A stretch of DNA of 56,132 nucleotides from an uncultured Oscillospiraceae bacterium (GCA_964537995.1 CAZICW010000004.1:1-56132); one strand, 5' to 3'. Shown: positions 17,183 to 27,268, numbered from the stretch's first letter. A program made the numbers and translations. The notes: generated from the sequence alone by a model not told the origin.

Positions 17183-19187
17183 TGCAGAGCCTTTCCAGTT
17201 CGGTCTTTATTCTTATGTATTCTCCGCTTGCCGCAAGGTTGAATCTTTTGCCCTCCATATTCGGCGCAAGCTCAATACGCACGGCGTCTCCCAGCCTGTC
17301 AAAGCGGATTATTCCCACGTCGCCGAAAACCGCAAGCGCGTTTAGCAGCTTTTCTCTGCGGATTCTGTGTCCGAGCCGAAGGCTCAAATCCTTCGCAAGC
17401 TGAGAAGCGTCGGCATATACCGGCTGAGCCGACAGCCTTATGCAGCGGTAAACGTCGGCAAAGTCGTTCCGCGACGGAAGCTCGTCGCTGACGCGGCGGC
17501 GGCTTGGGCGTATGTCCGAAAGCACAAGCTGCACTCTTTCGGTCGAATTGTATTCGTTTATATTCAGCTCTCCGGCGGCGTCGATAATGTCTCCTACGCT
17601 GTATTCGTCAGCTATCGAGCCCTTGCCGAAGGCGATTATTTCAATTTTGCGCCCGTCCCTCTCGCAGGCAAGGCGGCAATGCTTCCCGCCGGAAAGACGG
17701 CGAAGCTCGGTTATATAAAGCTCCTTAAGCACAAACACGGGAGCCTTGTTTCCCTCTCCGTAGGGGCCGAGAACCTCCGTTCCGCGCACGTTTTCAAGCG
17801 TAAGCTCGGAAATGTCCGCTTCGGCGTCGATATAGAGCTTTGCGGCGGTCTCGGTTTGAAGAGTCCTGTCGGCGTATTCGTTCAGCCGCCTGTCCAGCTC
17901 GGCAATATTTTCCGCTTTTACGCTGAAGCCCGCGGCATACGCATGACCGCCGAATTTTTCAAGCAAATCGCTGCAGGAAGAAAGCGCGTTGAACAGATTA
18001 AGTCCTTCGACGCTGCGTCCGCTGCTTTTGCACATATCGTCCTCAACGGAGATAAGGATGCAGCTCTTGTTGAAGCGATCGCATATTCTTGACGCGACAA
18101 CCCCGATTATTCCGTGATGCCAGCCTCTTTTTGCCAGCACAAGCACCTTTTTGCCGAAAAAATCCTTTTCGCGTATCATATCCACGGCTTCGCCGAAAAT
18201 CAAGCTCTCTTCGTTCTGCCGACGGCGGTTTTCCTCGTCCAGAAAAGCAGCGATACGGCGCGCCTCGTCGGGATCCTCGGTCAGCAGCAGCTCCACCGCG
18301 GTCATCGCGCTGCTCATACGTCCCGCCGCGTTCAGTCTCGGCGCGATTGAATAACTTACAACGGCGCAGCTTCCGCGCTTTGCGCCGCCGGCCGCGACGG
18401 CAAGTACGGCCTTTATGCCGGGATTCGGATTTTCCTTCATTTTTCTTAAGCCAATATCCGCAATTGCGCGGTTTTCGTCCGTGAGCGACACAACGTCGGC
18501 AATCGTTCCGAGGGCGACAATGTCGCCGTATTTTTCCAAAACCGCGCGCAAATCGCCCTCAAGCGCGCAAACCAGCTTGAACGCCACGCCCACGCCGGCA
18601 AGCTCCTTAAAGGGATAAGCGCAGCCGGGACGTTTGGGATTTACCACCGCGGCGGCTTCCGGCAAAGCCTCCTTGCACTCGTGATGGTCGGTTATTATAA
18701 GCTCAAGCCCGAGAGCCTTGGCGTATTGCGCCTCTTCGACGGCGGTTATGCCCGTGTCCACGGTTATGACAAGTCCCGTACCCGCGGCGGCAAGCTTTTC
18801 GAGAGCCGCTTTGTTCACCCCGTATCCCTCGGCTCTGCGGTCGGGAATATAGGCGTCGATATCCGCTCCGAGCTCTCTCAGCGCGCGCACCATAAGCGCG
18901 ACGGAGGTTATGCCGTCAACGTCGTAATCCCCGTAGACGGTTATTTTTTTCGCGCCGTCAACGGCGGAGCGTATTATGGCGGCGGCTTTGTCCATGTCCG
19001 TCATAAGGAAGGGGTCGTGGAAGCAGTCACGGTTTTTGTTCAGAAAGCGCGCCGCCGTCTCCGTTTCGCCATAGCCGCGGTTCAGCATGACCTTTGCCGC
19101 AAGCGCGGGTATGCCGAACGTATCGCACAGCTCGCGAACGCGCTCCTCATCCCGCGCCTGCGGGAATACCCATTCCTTTGCCGTCAC
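17133..19187 (-). CDS. recJ: single-stranded-DNA-specific exonuclease RecJ
   Basis: It has DHH motifs (VYGDYDVDGITS, DTGITAV, ITDHH) and a DHHA1 segment (GGHAYAAGFS). Its 3' end overlaps the annotated relA start by 50 nt. Confidence 0.93.
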   Translation of the reverse strand: MTAKEWVFPQARDEERVRELCDTFGIPALAAKVMLNRGYGETETAARFLNKNRDCFHDPFLMTDMDKAAAIIRSAVDGAKKITVYGDYDVDGITSVALMVRALRELGADIDAYIPDRRAEGYGVNKAALEKLAAAGTGLVITVDTGITAVEEAQYAKALGLELIITDHHECKEALPEAAAVVNPKRPGCAYPFKELAGVGVAFKLVCALEGDLRAVLEKYGDIVALGTIADVVSLTDENRAIADIGLRKMKENPNPGIKAVLAVAAGGAKRGSCAVVSYSIAPRLNAAGRMSSAMTAVELLLTEDPDEARRIAAFLDEENRRRQNEESLIFGEAVDMIREKDFFGKKVLVLAKRGWHHGIIGVVASRICDRFNKSCILISVEDDMCKSSGRSVEGLNLFNALSSCSDLLEKFGGHAYAAGFSVKAENIAELDRRLNEYADRTLQTETAAKLYIDAEADISELTLENVRGTEVLGPYGEGNKAPVFVLKELYITELRRLSGGKHCRLACERDGRKIEIIAFGKGSIADEYSVGDIIDAAGELNINEYNSTERVQLVLSDIRPSRRRVSDELPSRNDFADVYRCIRLSAQPVYADASQLAKDLSLRLGHRIRREKLLNALAVFGDVGIIRFDRLGDAVRIELAPNMEGKRFNLAASGEYIRIKTELERLCNAEEGGEGLAVRGYGY

Positions 19188-19282
19188 TTCGATTTCACCG
19201 TCCTTTAATAATATATATTTTTATTATAGCACAGCTTAGCAATTTATTCAATTATTTTTTTGCTTTTTCTAAAAAATAAAAA

Positions 19283-19323
19283 GGCAAAACGAATCAAACG
19301 GGAGAGCCTTTCGGTTCTCCCGT
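19283..19323 (-). terminator. rho-independent terminator after the SLH-protein gene
   Basis: On the minus strand, ACGGGAGA-loop-TCTCCCGT (19298-19323) is followed by TTGATTCGTTTTGCC. Confidence 0.75.
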
Positions 19324-19341
19324 TAAAATTTTAAGTAAATT

Positions 19342-22300
19342 TTAAGCGTACATCAGCTTATACGTTCTTTGCAGGAACACGGCGGCTTCGGCGCGTGTGG
19401 CTCCGCTCCGGGGCGCAAGCTCGGTTTCCGTTTTGCCGTTCATTATCATTTCCTCGCCGGAAACAACCGTACCGAAAGCGTATTCGACATACTCCCGCGC
19501 CCATTCGCTCACGTCGGAGGCGTCGGTAAAGGCGGAAATGTCTGCTCTTTCAAGGTCGTTATACTTTCTGAACGCCTTAACCGTCAGCACGGAAAGCGCG
19601 GCAATTTCCTCGCGGGTTATGGCTTTGTCGGGCGCAAACGCGCCGTCCGCCGTCATTTCCGACGGAATAAGCCCCTTGTCGTTGAGCCACTGCACGGAGG
19701 ACGCGTAGTAAGCGTCGGACGCAACGTCGGAGAACGCTCCGCTGTAAGCATACCCGTCGGGGCAGCCCGTCATTCTCGCAAGCATTTCCGCGTATTCGGC
19801 GCGGGTCAGCTCTTGGTCGGGACTGTAGTTTTCGGCGTCCGTACCGCGTACATAGCCCCATTCCGCCATGGCCGAAACCGCGGAATTTGCCCAATGCTCC
19901 TGCATATCAAGGAAATAGGGCATTTCAAAGGTTATGCTCGTAGCGGAGACGATGAACTGGTCAAAGCTGCCGACGCTGCCCTTCGTGGCAACGCCGAATT
20001 TGCCCGTCGCAAGCTCCGGAATCCACAGGTGATACGCCAGAACATTCTGTCCGCCGATATTTACCGTTTGGTAATTTTTGTCAAACTCAATCTGGAGAGT
20101 GACATAAGGATTCTTATGCTCCGGTATCGCGGCGCTCTGTTCCACCGTTTCAACACCGTTTACGCGCGAAATTACGCTTATGGTTCCGTCCTCGATTTGG
20201 TAGCGGAGGAAGTTGTCGTCGTCCACATACTTGGCAATAAAGGCAGCCGTGCCGTCGGTCATGATTTTTCCCGCAATGAAGCCGTCAATAATGTCGCCGC
20301 TTGTGACGAGGCTCATCTTCCAGTCGTCGCCGCTCGCGTCGGACTGAGTATACCACCAGTTCGCGACTCGCCCGTCGTCAATAACGCCCGTACTCCAGTC
20401 GCCGCTCGCTTCCTCCCATTTATCGCTTTTGCCGCCGCTGAACAGGTCGTAAAACGACTCGACAACCTTTATCGACGAGAAGCTCATTTTCGCCCCGTCC
20501 GCCACGATTATGCCGGTTTTCCCCGTCGGGAAGTCGCTGTCATAGACCGTGACGCTTGCGCTTCTCTGTCCCACGGGCGGCTCGTATGCGCTCATCACGG
20601 CGTAAAAGTATATTTTATCGCCGTCCGTGACAAGATTCATCGGAATGGATTTCCCCGCGGTTATTTGGAATGCCTCGGGAATGGGTGTTTCTCCGAGGAG
20701 AGTTTCCTCGCCGTCCTTCACCTTCGTTATGGAAACGGTTCTCGCTTCGCTGTCAAGAATGCAGCGATAGTAGTTGTTTTCATCGACATATCTCGCCAGC
20801 ATTCCGATTTTTCCGTAGGAATCGCTACCCTCATCAAGCTGACGGACGCTGACCGTCGTATCGACGGTGTAGTCGGTCCAGTCGGCTCCGCCGTTTATGA
20901 GCATGGAGGTTTCTCCCTTACGGGCTGTTCCGACCGCATTGTGTACATACTGATATTCCTCAACCTCAAAGTCGCCGACAACCTCAAAGCCGGCAAGCGT
21001 GCCGCCCTCGAAGTCGCCCATATAGGGCAGAGCGCCGTCGGGCTTGAGCGTAACGGGACCCGCAACGCCGCTGTTTTCGGAAACGCCGTCGTAAGCCTTC
21101 GCAACGACATAATAGTAATACCTTCCGTCCGCCGTCACGTCCTTATCCTCATACCAAGCGTCGGCGATATTTTCCGCAACCGGAACAAAATTTTTGCCGT
21201 CCGTCGAACGGTAAACGTCAAAGCTCGAATAGTAAGGCTTGTTCGTCCACCATATTTCCGCCGAATCCACATAGCCGAAGGCACGGTGAATTTCGGGCGC
21301 GGGAACGGTGAAGTCGGCGTATTGAACCTCAATAAGATACATCGCGGTGTCCTTCAGTCCCTCGAAGACGACCGTCCCGTCCTTTACGGCTGTCGCCGCG
21401 ACAACCTCGTCGTTTACATCCTCGCTCATTTCACGAAGCAAAACCGCGCTGCCGTCGGCAATGTCCAATGCCGAGAGGTCAACCGTGAGATTTGTTGTCT
21501 CGCCGGTGGCGTTGTTGTTTATAAAATGGATAAAATAGCTGTTTTCTCCCTTTGTGACGAAAAATTCCTGCGCGCTGCCCGCGTCGGTAAGGTCGTACTC
21601 AACAAGCACGTTTCCCTCGGTAAGTGTACGCGTGAACTGCCGTATGGCATAATACATCCGCTCGGCTGTTATATAGCGTCCCGTCGCGCTGTCCTGAAAG
21701 AACATTTCGGGGAACGAGAAGCGGATTGACGCGTAAAGCCCGCTGAGAGCCTGCTCACGCATAATCTGTATATGACTTATGCAGGCATCCATCTTGTCCA
21801 GCCAGTCAAAGCTGTCGCCGCTGAGCTTCCAGTTAAACTCGGACGCGGAAACCTTCTCGATTTGTCCGTCGGGATTTATTTCCTCGATTCTGTTCTTAAA
21901 ATTCTGTATTCTGGTTCTGTGCGCGTTCGTGCCGCCGCCGTAGGTATGGTAATCGTAAACGTCAATACCCTCGTCGCCGGCTTCGGCGACGGCGTCCCAC
22001 GCGGCGGTGTTCCAGCCCGCAAGCGTCGGCCCCCACGTCTGAGCCTCGTCGCGGCTGTACCCCGCGGCCTCAACGCCGGTTTTAAAGCCGTCGGCAAGCT
22101 GTACCGCTTCAAGCCCGTAAAGCGTCCAATCAATGAATTTTGCCCGTCCGTTTTCCCAGTTATCCGGCTCGTTGCCCATATTATAATTGGTTTGACCGAA
22201 ATATTTCGCGTATATATAGCCTCTCGCGAAGCCATGCTTCCACGCGTCGCTCCAGAGCTGCCTGTAAAAATATCTCCACTGCTCCTCGGTATATTCCTCC

Positions 22301-23388
22301 TGATCCTCCTCAAGGCGCATATACTGCCACCACGGATTGGACACCGGAACAAGGGTTATATCCATGCGGTTCCACTCCAAAGCCTGCGGAAGGTAATTCA
22401 TATACCCGGGACGCAGAGCCACCATTTCTTCTATATAGGAATCTATATAGTCCGTCGAAAGCAGAGGATTGCTCTTCGGGTTCGCCTTTACGATGTTTTT
22501 TGCCGCCTCAAGGGTCTGCGCGTCGTAAACGTCAACGGGAATCTGCGTCCGCGTTGTGTTCGAGGTATCGGCGGAGCCGAAATCTCGGTTCACGTTGAAC
22601 ATTATATCGTTCATAAATTTTGAGCGGTTGTCGTAGCGTATGGTGGGATTGCCGTTGTCGCCGACGAGCTTCAGCTCCAGCTCCTTTGTTTCGTTGCGCA
22701 GCTTTATTGTCACGTCGCCCGTAAACATCGTTTCCCCCTCTTCCTCAATCAAAACCGAGGAAGGGTCGGCAATCTCGTACAGGCATACGTTGTCGATATA
22801 TTTTTGATTGTCGGTTTCTCCGAGCCCGAACGAAATAACGACCTTCGGGTTTTCGGCAGTCTCCGGAACGGAAAAGGTTGCGCTGACCTTTTCAAATTCA
22901 AGTACGCCGTTCGCGTCCTTTTCGCGGGAAAAGACGTTCAGTCTGCCGCTGTCGTCGATTACCGATATTCCCGCGCCGAGCGACGCATTGTGCGGCGCGG
23001 CAAGCTCCGCCGTGAAAAGGTAGCTTTTTCCGCTTTCAACGTCAACGGTCTGCTTCAACAGCGCCCACGAATTTTCCGCGCCGTCCGAAAGGACAAGGTG
23101 AAACACCTTGCCGCCGTCGGGGGCGGAAAGTCCGCTCGGAGCGGAAACTATGTTTTCCCCGCTCATGCCCCACAGCGTCCAGCCGCCGTCGGTATTGGGA
23201 TCGGCTTCGGGGTTCTCGCCGAGACTGTTTTCAAACGACGGATTTTTCACAAGGTTTCCGCCGGAAACCTCAATCGCGACTCCCGCCTGATCGCTGACGG
23301 TTTCCGCCGCAAATCCCGCTCCGGCAAAAGCGGAAACCGTCACGGCAAGCGCAAGCGCCGCCGATATAGCTCTTTTTCTGTTTTTCAC
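19342..23388 (-). CDS. S-layer-homology (SLH) anchored multidomain surface protein, putative clan GH-A glycoside hydrolase
   Basis: It has a signal peptide (ALALAVTVSAFAGAGFA) and an N-terminal CBM-like module (NLVKNPSFEN...GGWTLWG). The catalytic-type region has a GNEPDNWE (NEP acid/base) motif and a later SASEFNW motif. A FN3-like module, repeated LamG/DUF1080-like beta-sandwich modules and three C-terminal SLH repeats follow. Confidence 0.7.
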   Translation of the reverse strand: MKNRKRAISAALALAVTVSAFAGAGFAAETVSDQAGVAIEVSGGNLVKNPSFENSLGENPEADPNTDGGWTLWGMSGENIVSAPSGLSAPDGGKVFHLVLSDGAENSWALLKQTVDVESGKSYLFTAELAAPHNASLGAGISVIDDSGRLNVFSREKDANGVLEFEKVSATFSVPETAENPKVVISFGLGETDNQKYIDNVCLYEIADPSSVLIEEEGETMFTGDVTIKLRNETKELELKLVGDNGNPTIRYDNRSKFMNDIMFNVNRDFGSADTSNTTRTQIPVDVYDAQTLEAAKNIVKANPKSNPLLSTDYIDSYIEEMVALRPGYMNYLPQALEWNRMDITLVPVSNPWWQYMRLEEDQEEYTEEQWRYFYRQLWSDAWKHGFARGYIYAKYFGQTNYNMGNEPDNWENGRAKFIDWTLYGLEAVQLADGFKTGVEAAGYSRDEAQTWGPTLAGWNTAAWDAVAEAGDEGIDVYDYHTYGGGTNAHRTRIQNFKNRIEEINPDGQIEKVSASEFNWKLSGDSFDWLDKMDACISHIQIMREQALSGLYASIRFSFPEMFFQDSATGRYITAERMYYAIRQFTRTLTEGNVLVEYDLTDAGSAQEFFVTKGENSYFIHFINNNATGETTNLTVDLSALDIADGSAVLLREMSEDVNDEVVAATAVKDGTVVFEGLKDTAMYLIEVQYADFTVPAPEIHRAFGYVDSAEIWWTNKPYYSSFDVYRSTDGKNFVPVAENIADAWYEDKDVTADGRYYYYVVAKAYDGVSENSGVAGPVTLKPDGALPYMGDFEGGTLAGFEVVGDFEVEEYQYVHNAVGTARKGETSMLINGGADWTDYTVDTTVSVRQLDEGSDSYGKIGMLARYVDENNYYRCILDSEARTVSITKVKDGEETLLGETPIPEAFQITAGKSIPMNLVTDGDKIYFYAVMSAYEPPVGQRSASVTVYDSDFPTGKTGIIVADGAKMSFSSIKVVESFYDLFSGGKSDKWEEASGDWSTGVIDDGRVANWWYTQSDASGDDWKMSLVTSGDIIDGFIAGKIMTDGTAAFIAKYVDDDNFLRYQIEDGTISVISRVNGVETVEQSAAIPEHKNPYVTLQIEFDKNYQTVNIGGQNVLAYHLWIPELATGKFGVATKGSVGSFDQFIVSATSITFEMPYFLDMQEHWANSAVSAMAEWGYVRGTDAENYSPDQELTRAEYAEMLARMTGCPDGYAYSGAFSDVASDAYYASSVQWLNDKGLIPSEMTADGAFAPDKAITREEIAALSVLTVKAFRKYNDLERADISAFTDASDVSEWAREYVEYAFGTVVSGEEMIMNGKTETELAPRSGATRAEAAVFLQRTYKLMYA

Positions 23389-23470
23389 ATCGCTCTCTCC
23401 TTTTTGTCCGTTTGCTTATCATGTTTTTATTTTAGCACAAATTCGGCAATCAAGTCAATGGAGGCAATTT

Positions 23471-23511
23471 GATTTTGTTATATTTTACGGGCTTAAAATA
23501 TAACAAAAATC
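23471..23511. repeat. near-perfect 16-bp inverted repeat in a divergent promoter region
   Basis: GATTTTGTTATATTTT-acgggctt-AAAATATAACAAAAATC, with one extra A in the right arm. It lies between the SLH gene start (23388) and the binding-protein gene start (23641). Confidence 0.6.
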
Positions 23512-23640
23512 AATAATAAATTTTGTGATATTTTACCATTAGCGCAAATTTATCCCCGTGTTTTTCAAAAATTTCTTTACAAAGCCGAAGTTTTAGTGTA
23601 AAATAAACTCTGAAATTATTCCTATAAGGAGATGTTTATT

Positions 23641-24480
23641 TTGAAAAAATTCATCGCAATTCTGACAATTGCCGCCCTTGCGCTCGCTTTTGCGGCGTGC
23701 GGCACAAAAAACGACCTGTCCGACGTTGACCTCGACGCGCAGGACGTCGTTGCGGATTCGGACGATTCCGCCGAGGTTTATCGGCTTCCCGACACGCTCC
23801 GTCTCGGACTTGACGCTTCCTTCCCTCCGATGGGCTTCACCGATGAAAACGGCGAAATTGTCGGCTTCGACATCGACCTTGCTCAGGCCGTGTGCGACTA
23901 TTACGGCATTGAGCTTGTACCCGTTCCGATTGAGTGGGACAACAAGGACGCCGAGCTTCAAAGCGGCAGCATCGACTGTATATGGAACGGTCTTACGGTG
24001 ACAGACGAGCGTCTTGAAAAATACGAAATGAGTATGTCCTATCTCGCGAACCGTCAGGTAGTGGTTGTCGCCGCCGGCAGCGATATAACCTCCCTTGCCG
24101 ACCTTGCCGGAAAAACCGTCGCTCTCCAGAGCGATTCCTCCGCGTCCGAGGCACTTGAGGCCAATGAGGAGGTCAACGCCTCCATCGCCGAAAAGGTTGA
24201 GCTTCTTGATAACCTCACGGCTCTGATGGATCTCCAGGCGGGCAATGTTGACGCGGTTATCCTTGACGAGGTTGTCGCAAACTATGTAATCAACGAAAAC
24301 GGCTACGACCTCACAATACTTGATGAAAGCCTCGCTCCCGAGGAATACGCCATAGGCTTTGCAAAGGGCAATACCGAGCTTTGCGCGGCGGTCGAGGACG
24401 CGCTCTACGCGCTTAAAGAGCAGGGCGTTCTTGCGGAAATTTCCGAAAAGTGGTTCGGCGAGGATAAGATTCTCTTTTAA
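23641..24480 (+). CDS. amino acid ABC transporter substrate-binding lipoprotein (family 3), no adjacent permease or ATPase
   Basis: It has the lipobox LALAFAACG and family-3 SBP motifs (LGLDASFPPMGF, DCIWNGLTVTDER, YAIGFAKGN). The TTG at 23641 lies 9 nt after AAGGAG. The ATG at 23632 abuts the RBS. Confidence 0.8.
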   Translation: MKKFIAILTIAALALAFAACGTKNDLSDVDLDAQDVVADSDDSAEVYRLPDTLRLGLDASFPPMGFTDENGEIVGFDIDLAQAVCDYYGIELVPVPIEWDNKDAELQSGSIDCIWNGLTVTDERLEKYEMSMSYLANRQVVVVAAGSDITSLADLAGKTVALQSDSSASEALEANEEVNASIAEKVELLDNLTALMDLQAGNVDAVILDEVVANYVINENGYDLTILDESLAPEEYAIGFAKGNTELCAAVEDALYALKEQGVLAEISEKWFGEDKILF

Positions 24481-24503
24481 AACGTAAAACGGCTTTTATT
24501 TGC

Positions 24504-24540
24504 AAAAAAGGCAATTGCGAAATGCGCAATTGCCTTTTTG
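24504..24540. terminator. bidirectional rho-independent terminator
   Basis: AAAAAA-GGCAATTGCG-aaatg-CGCAATTGCC-TTTTTG lies between convergent genes. Confidence 0.85.
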
Positions 24541-24563
24541 CCGCTTGTGGAAAATATACCCCC

Positions 24564-25886
24564 CTATACAGCCAAAACTCCCGTTTCGGTTTCCAGCAAA
24601 ATCATAATTTCCTCCTCGGCTCCGGTCTGGGTGTTGATATAAATCAGGAAATGCTTTTCGTCAAGCTTGCCCTTAAGCTGATAGCAAAACGCCTCCTCTC
24701 CGCTGTCCAACGGGATCACCGCATACGAAACGCTCTCTACCTCCGCGGCGCGGCTCACTGTCGCCAATGCCTCGCCGGCGGTAATTTTTGGCGCCGGAAT
24801 CTTTCTCGGAGCGTGATTCATTATATAACCGCGCCCCTCAAAGCCTATAATTTCACCGTTGTCCAGCGCGACCTTCACCTTCACGAGATCGGGGAAAACC
24901 GTATAGCCGTTTTGCGACCACGCATAATTCAGCACGGCGCAGTCATCCTTTATGTCATAATAGCTTTCCGTCATGTCCGAATATCCGTTCTTTCTCAGAA
25001 ATTCCGCCGCATACCGCTTCGCCTGCTCCGTATTCAGCGTCCGTTCGCCCACGCCGCGGTCGTTCAGCATCCACAGAATGTGTCCGCCCGCCTTGGTTAT
25101 TTCAATTCTGCTGCCGCCGTTCTCAAAGTAATAGGAAGGAATTTTGCCCTCGCCCTCGCCGAGCAGCTTAACCCCTCCGCCCAGATAAAGCTCGGCTATA
25201 TTTGTCGCCGATTTTTCGTCAACCGTACTCTTGTTTTTCAAAAATACCGCTTCTTTATTGGATATGTGCTGTGAAAACGGGCCGTCGTAAACCAGCGAGG
25301 GATAGTCGTGCATCTCCTCCTCAACGTCGGAAATGCTGTCCGCAAGGGCGGTCGAGCCGCCGCCGAGGAGCTTGTTTACGCTGTTTGAGCTGAAATTTAC
25401 TTCGCCGTTGTTCATTTTTACCAACAGCCCGTCCAGTCCCTCTTGCAGGCTTGCGGCGTATTTGCTCAGACTTTTGAGATTCGCGGCGTCGTCTTCGCTC
25501 ATTTCCTCTCCGCCTATCACCCGCATAGACACGCTGTGCGCAAAATCTCCCACCTGCGACAAAAATTCCGCCGTCCGTTCCACCGACACATCACCGAGCG
25601 GCAGTGAGCAAAGCTTCGATTTCGCGGCGGCGGAGGCGCTGTAGAGCCTGCCGCTGAGATTGACAAGCTGGCGCGGGTCGTTTATGAGCCGCGCCTTCAG
25701 AAGCTCGGTTTCCACATCATCGACATAGCCCGTCAGCTCCGCGAACATTTGGCTGTAGCTCAGATTCTGCGTATATTCCAGCTCTCGCGCTCTTTTGAAT
25801 TGATAAATTCCGAACGCTCCCACCGCCAAGAGCAAAACGGAAAGTATGATGTGCTGCCCGTAGGCTTTAATTTTACTCATATTCAT
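24564..25886 (-). CDS. ypeB: germination protein YpeB-like (PepSY domains)
   Basis: It has an N-terminal TM anchor and the YpeB-type helical N-region (YTQNLSYSQMFAELTGYVDDVETELLKARL). C-terminal PepSY-like repeats are also present. No sleB is adjacent. Confidence 0.65.
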   Translation of the reverse strand: MNMSKIKAYGQHIILSVLLLAVGAFGIYQFKRARELEYTQNLSYSQMFAELTGYVDDVETELLKARLINDPRQLVNLSGRLYSASAAAKSKLCSLPLGDVSVERTAEFLSQVGDFAHSVSMRVIGGEEMSEDDAANLKSLSKYAASLQEGLDGLLVKMNNGEVNFSSNSVNKLLGGGSTALADSISDVEEEMHDYPSLVYDGPFSQHISNKEAVFLKNKSTVDEKSATNIAELYLGGGVKLLGEGEGKIPSYYFENGGSRIEITKAGGHILWMLNDRGVGERTLNTEQAKRYAAEFLRKNGYSDMTESYYDIKDDCAVLNYAWSQNGYTVFPDLVKVKVALDNGEIIGFEGRGYIMNHAPRKIPAPKITAGEALATVSRAAEVESVSYAVIPLDSGEEAFCYQLKGKLDEKHFLIYINTQTGAEEEIMILLETETGVLAV

Positions 25887-26004
25887 CCTCCTAAGTAAAA
25901 TTATTTTTAATGTTTTTTGTGAAAATTATTCATTGTTGTTGAATTTCACGGAAAAATCTGATATGATATATGATAAAGGAAGCGCAAGAAAGGACTGATT
26001 TTTT

Positions 26005-27207
26005 ATGAAATATGTAATTGTGCTTGCCGACGGCTGCGCCGACCGTCCTCTGGAAATTTTGGGCGGAAAAACTCCGCTCGAAGCCTCGAACACCCCGAAC
26101 ATGGACTATTTTGCCGCCAACGGCAGTCTTTATTTTGTCAAAACCGTTCCCGACGGACTTAAACCCGGCAGCGACGTCGCCAATCTGTCCGTTATGGGCT
26201 ACGACCCAAAGCTTTACTATACCGGCCGTTCTCCCCTCGAAGCCGCTTCCATCGGCGTTGAGCTGAAGGACAACCAGACCGCCTTCCGCGCCAACACCGT
26301 AACGCTCAGCGACGAGGAAAGATACGAGGATAAAACCATGCTGGACTACAGCGCCGGAGAAATCACAACCGCTGAAAGCTCACAGCTTTTGCGGGCCGTC
26401 GAAGCGGAACTGGGCGGCGGCGACATTCATTTTTATCCCGGCGTCAGCTACCGTCATCTTTTCGTATGGGACAACGCTCCCGAAAGCTTCAGGCTCACTC
26501 CTCCGCATGATATTTCCGACAGAAAAATTAAAGATTATCTTCCGAGCGACCCCCGTATTTTGGAGCTTATGAAAAAGAGCGAAAAAATCCTTATAAATCA
26601 CCCCGTAAACAAAAAACGGATTGCCGATGGCAAAAATCCCGCAACCTCACTGTGGATATGGGGCGAAGGAAAGCGTCCCGCGCTTACGAGCTTCGAGCGG
26701 CTCTACGGAGTCAAGGGCGCGGTTGTCAGCGCGGTTGACCTGATTAAGGGCATAGGCATTCTTGCCGGAATGAAAAGCATTGACGTCGAGGGCGCGACGG
26801 GAACCGTAAATACAAATTTTGACGGAAAGGCCGTCGCCGCGGCGGACGCTTTGCTCAAGGACGGGCGCGACCTTGTATACGTTCATCTTGAAGCTCCCGA
26901 CGAGTGCGGGCATCAGGGCGACGCAAAGGGAAAAACGCGAAGTCTCGAGCTTATTGACGAAAAAATTATCGGATACATCAAGGCTCGGCTTGACGAAAGC
27001 GGAGAGGATTACAAATTCATGGTGCTTCCGGATCATCCGACGCCCGTTTCAATCAAAACCCACAGCAGCGAAAGCGTTCCCTGTGTAATTTACAAAAAGG
27101 GCGAGCATCGGAACACCGGCAACGTCTACACCGAAGCCTGCGCCGAAAAAAACGGTCTTGTCCGCAATATCGGACACGAGCTTATGAAGGAATTTTTGGA
27201 ATATTGA
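26005..27207 (+). CDS. apgM: cofactor-independent phosphoglycerate mutase, archaeal-type (ApgM / proposed homoserine kinase family)
   Basis: The N-terminus is MKYVIVLADGCADRP. The motifs PGSDVANLSVMGYDP, HLEAPDECGHQGD and LPDHPTP are typical of the metalloenzyme/PhosphMutase family. Confidence 0.85.
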   Translation: MKYVIVLADGCADRPLEILGGKTPLEASNTPNMDYFAANGSLYFVKTVPDGLKPGSDVANLSVMGYDPKLYYTGRSPLEAASIGVELKDNQTAFRANTVTLSDEERYEDKTMLDYSAGEITTAESSQLLRAVEAELGGGDIHFYPGVSYRHLFVWDNAPESFRLTPPHDISDRKIKDYLPSDPRILELMKKSEKILINHPVNKKRIADGKNPATSLWIWGEGKRPALTSFERLYGVKGAVVSAVDLIKGIGILAGMKSIDVEGATGTVNTNFDGKAVAAADALLKDGRDLVYVHLEAPDECGHQGDAKGKTRSLELIDEKIIGYIKARLDESGEDYKFMVLPDHPTPVSIKTHSSESVPCVIYKKGEHRNTGNVYTEACAEKNGLVRNIGHELMKEFLEY

Positions 27208-27236
27208 CCGTAAGCCTTCCGCGCCGCGGAAAGAAA

Positions 27237-27268
27237 AAGACACAAATTTGCGGATTTGTGTCTTTTTT
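27237..27268 (+). terminator. rho-independent terminator after apgM
   Basis: AAGACACAAAT-ttgcgg-ATTTGTGTCTT followed by TTTTG. Confidence 0.85.

Noticed and set aside
19369-21729. 786-aa ORF opposite the SLH surface protein gene
   Set aside because: This is the same codon-aligned shadow-frame artefact. The sense ORF has a signal peptide, a GH-like motif and SLH repeats.
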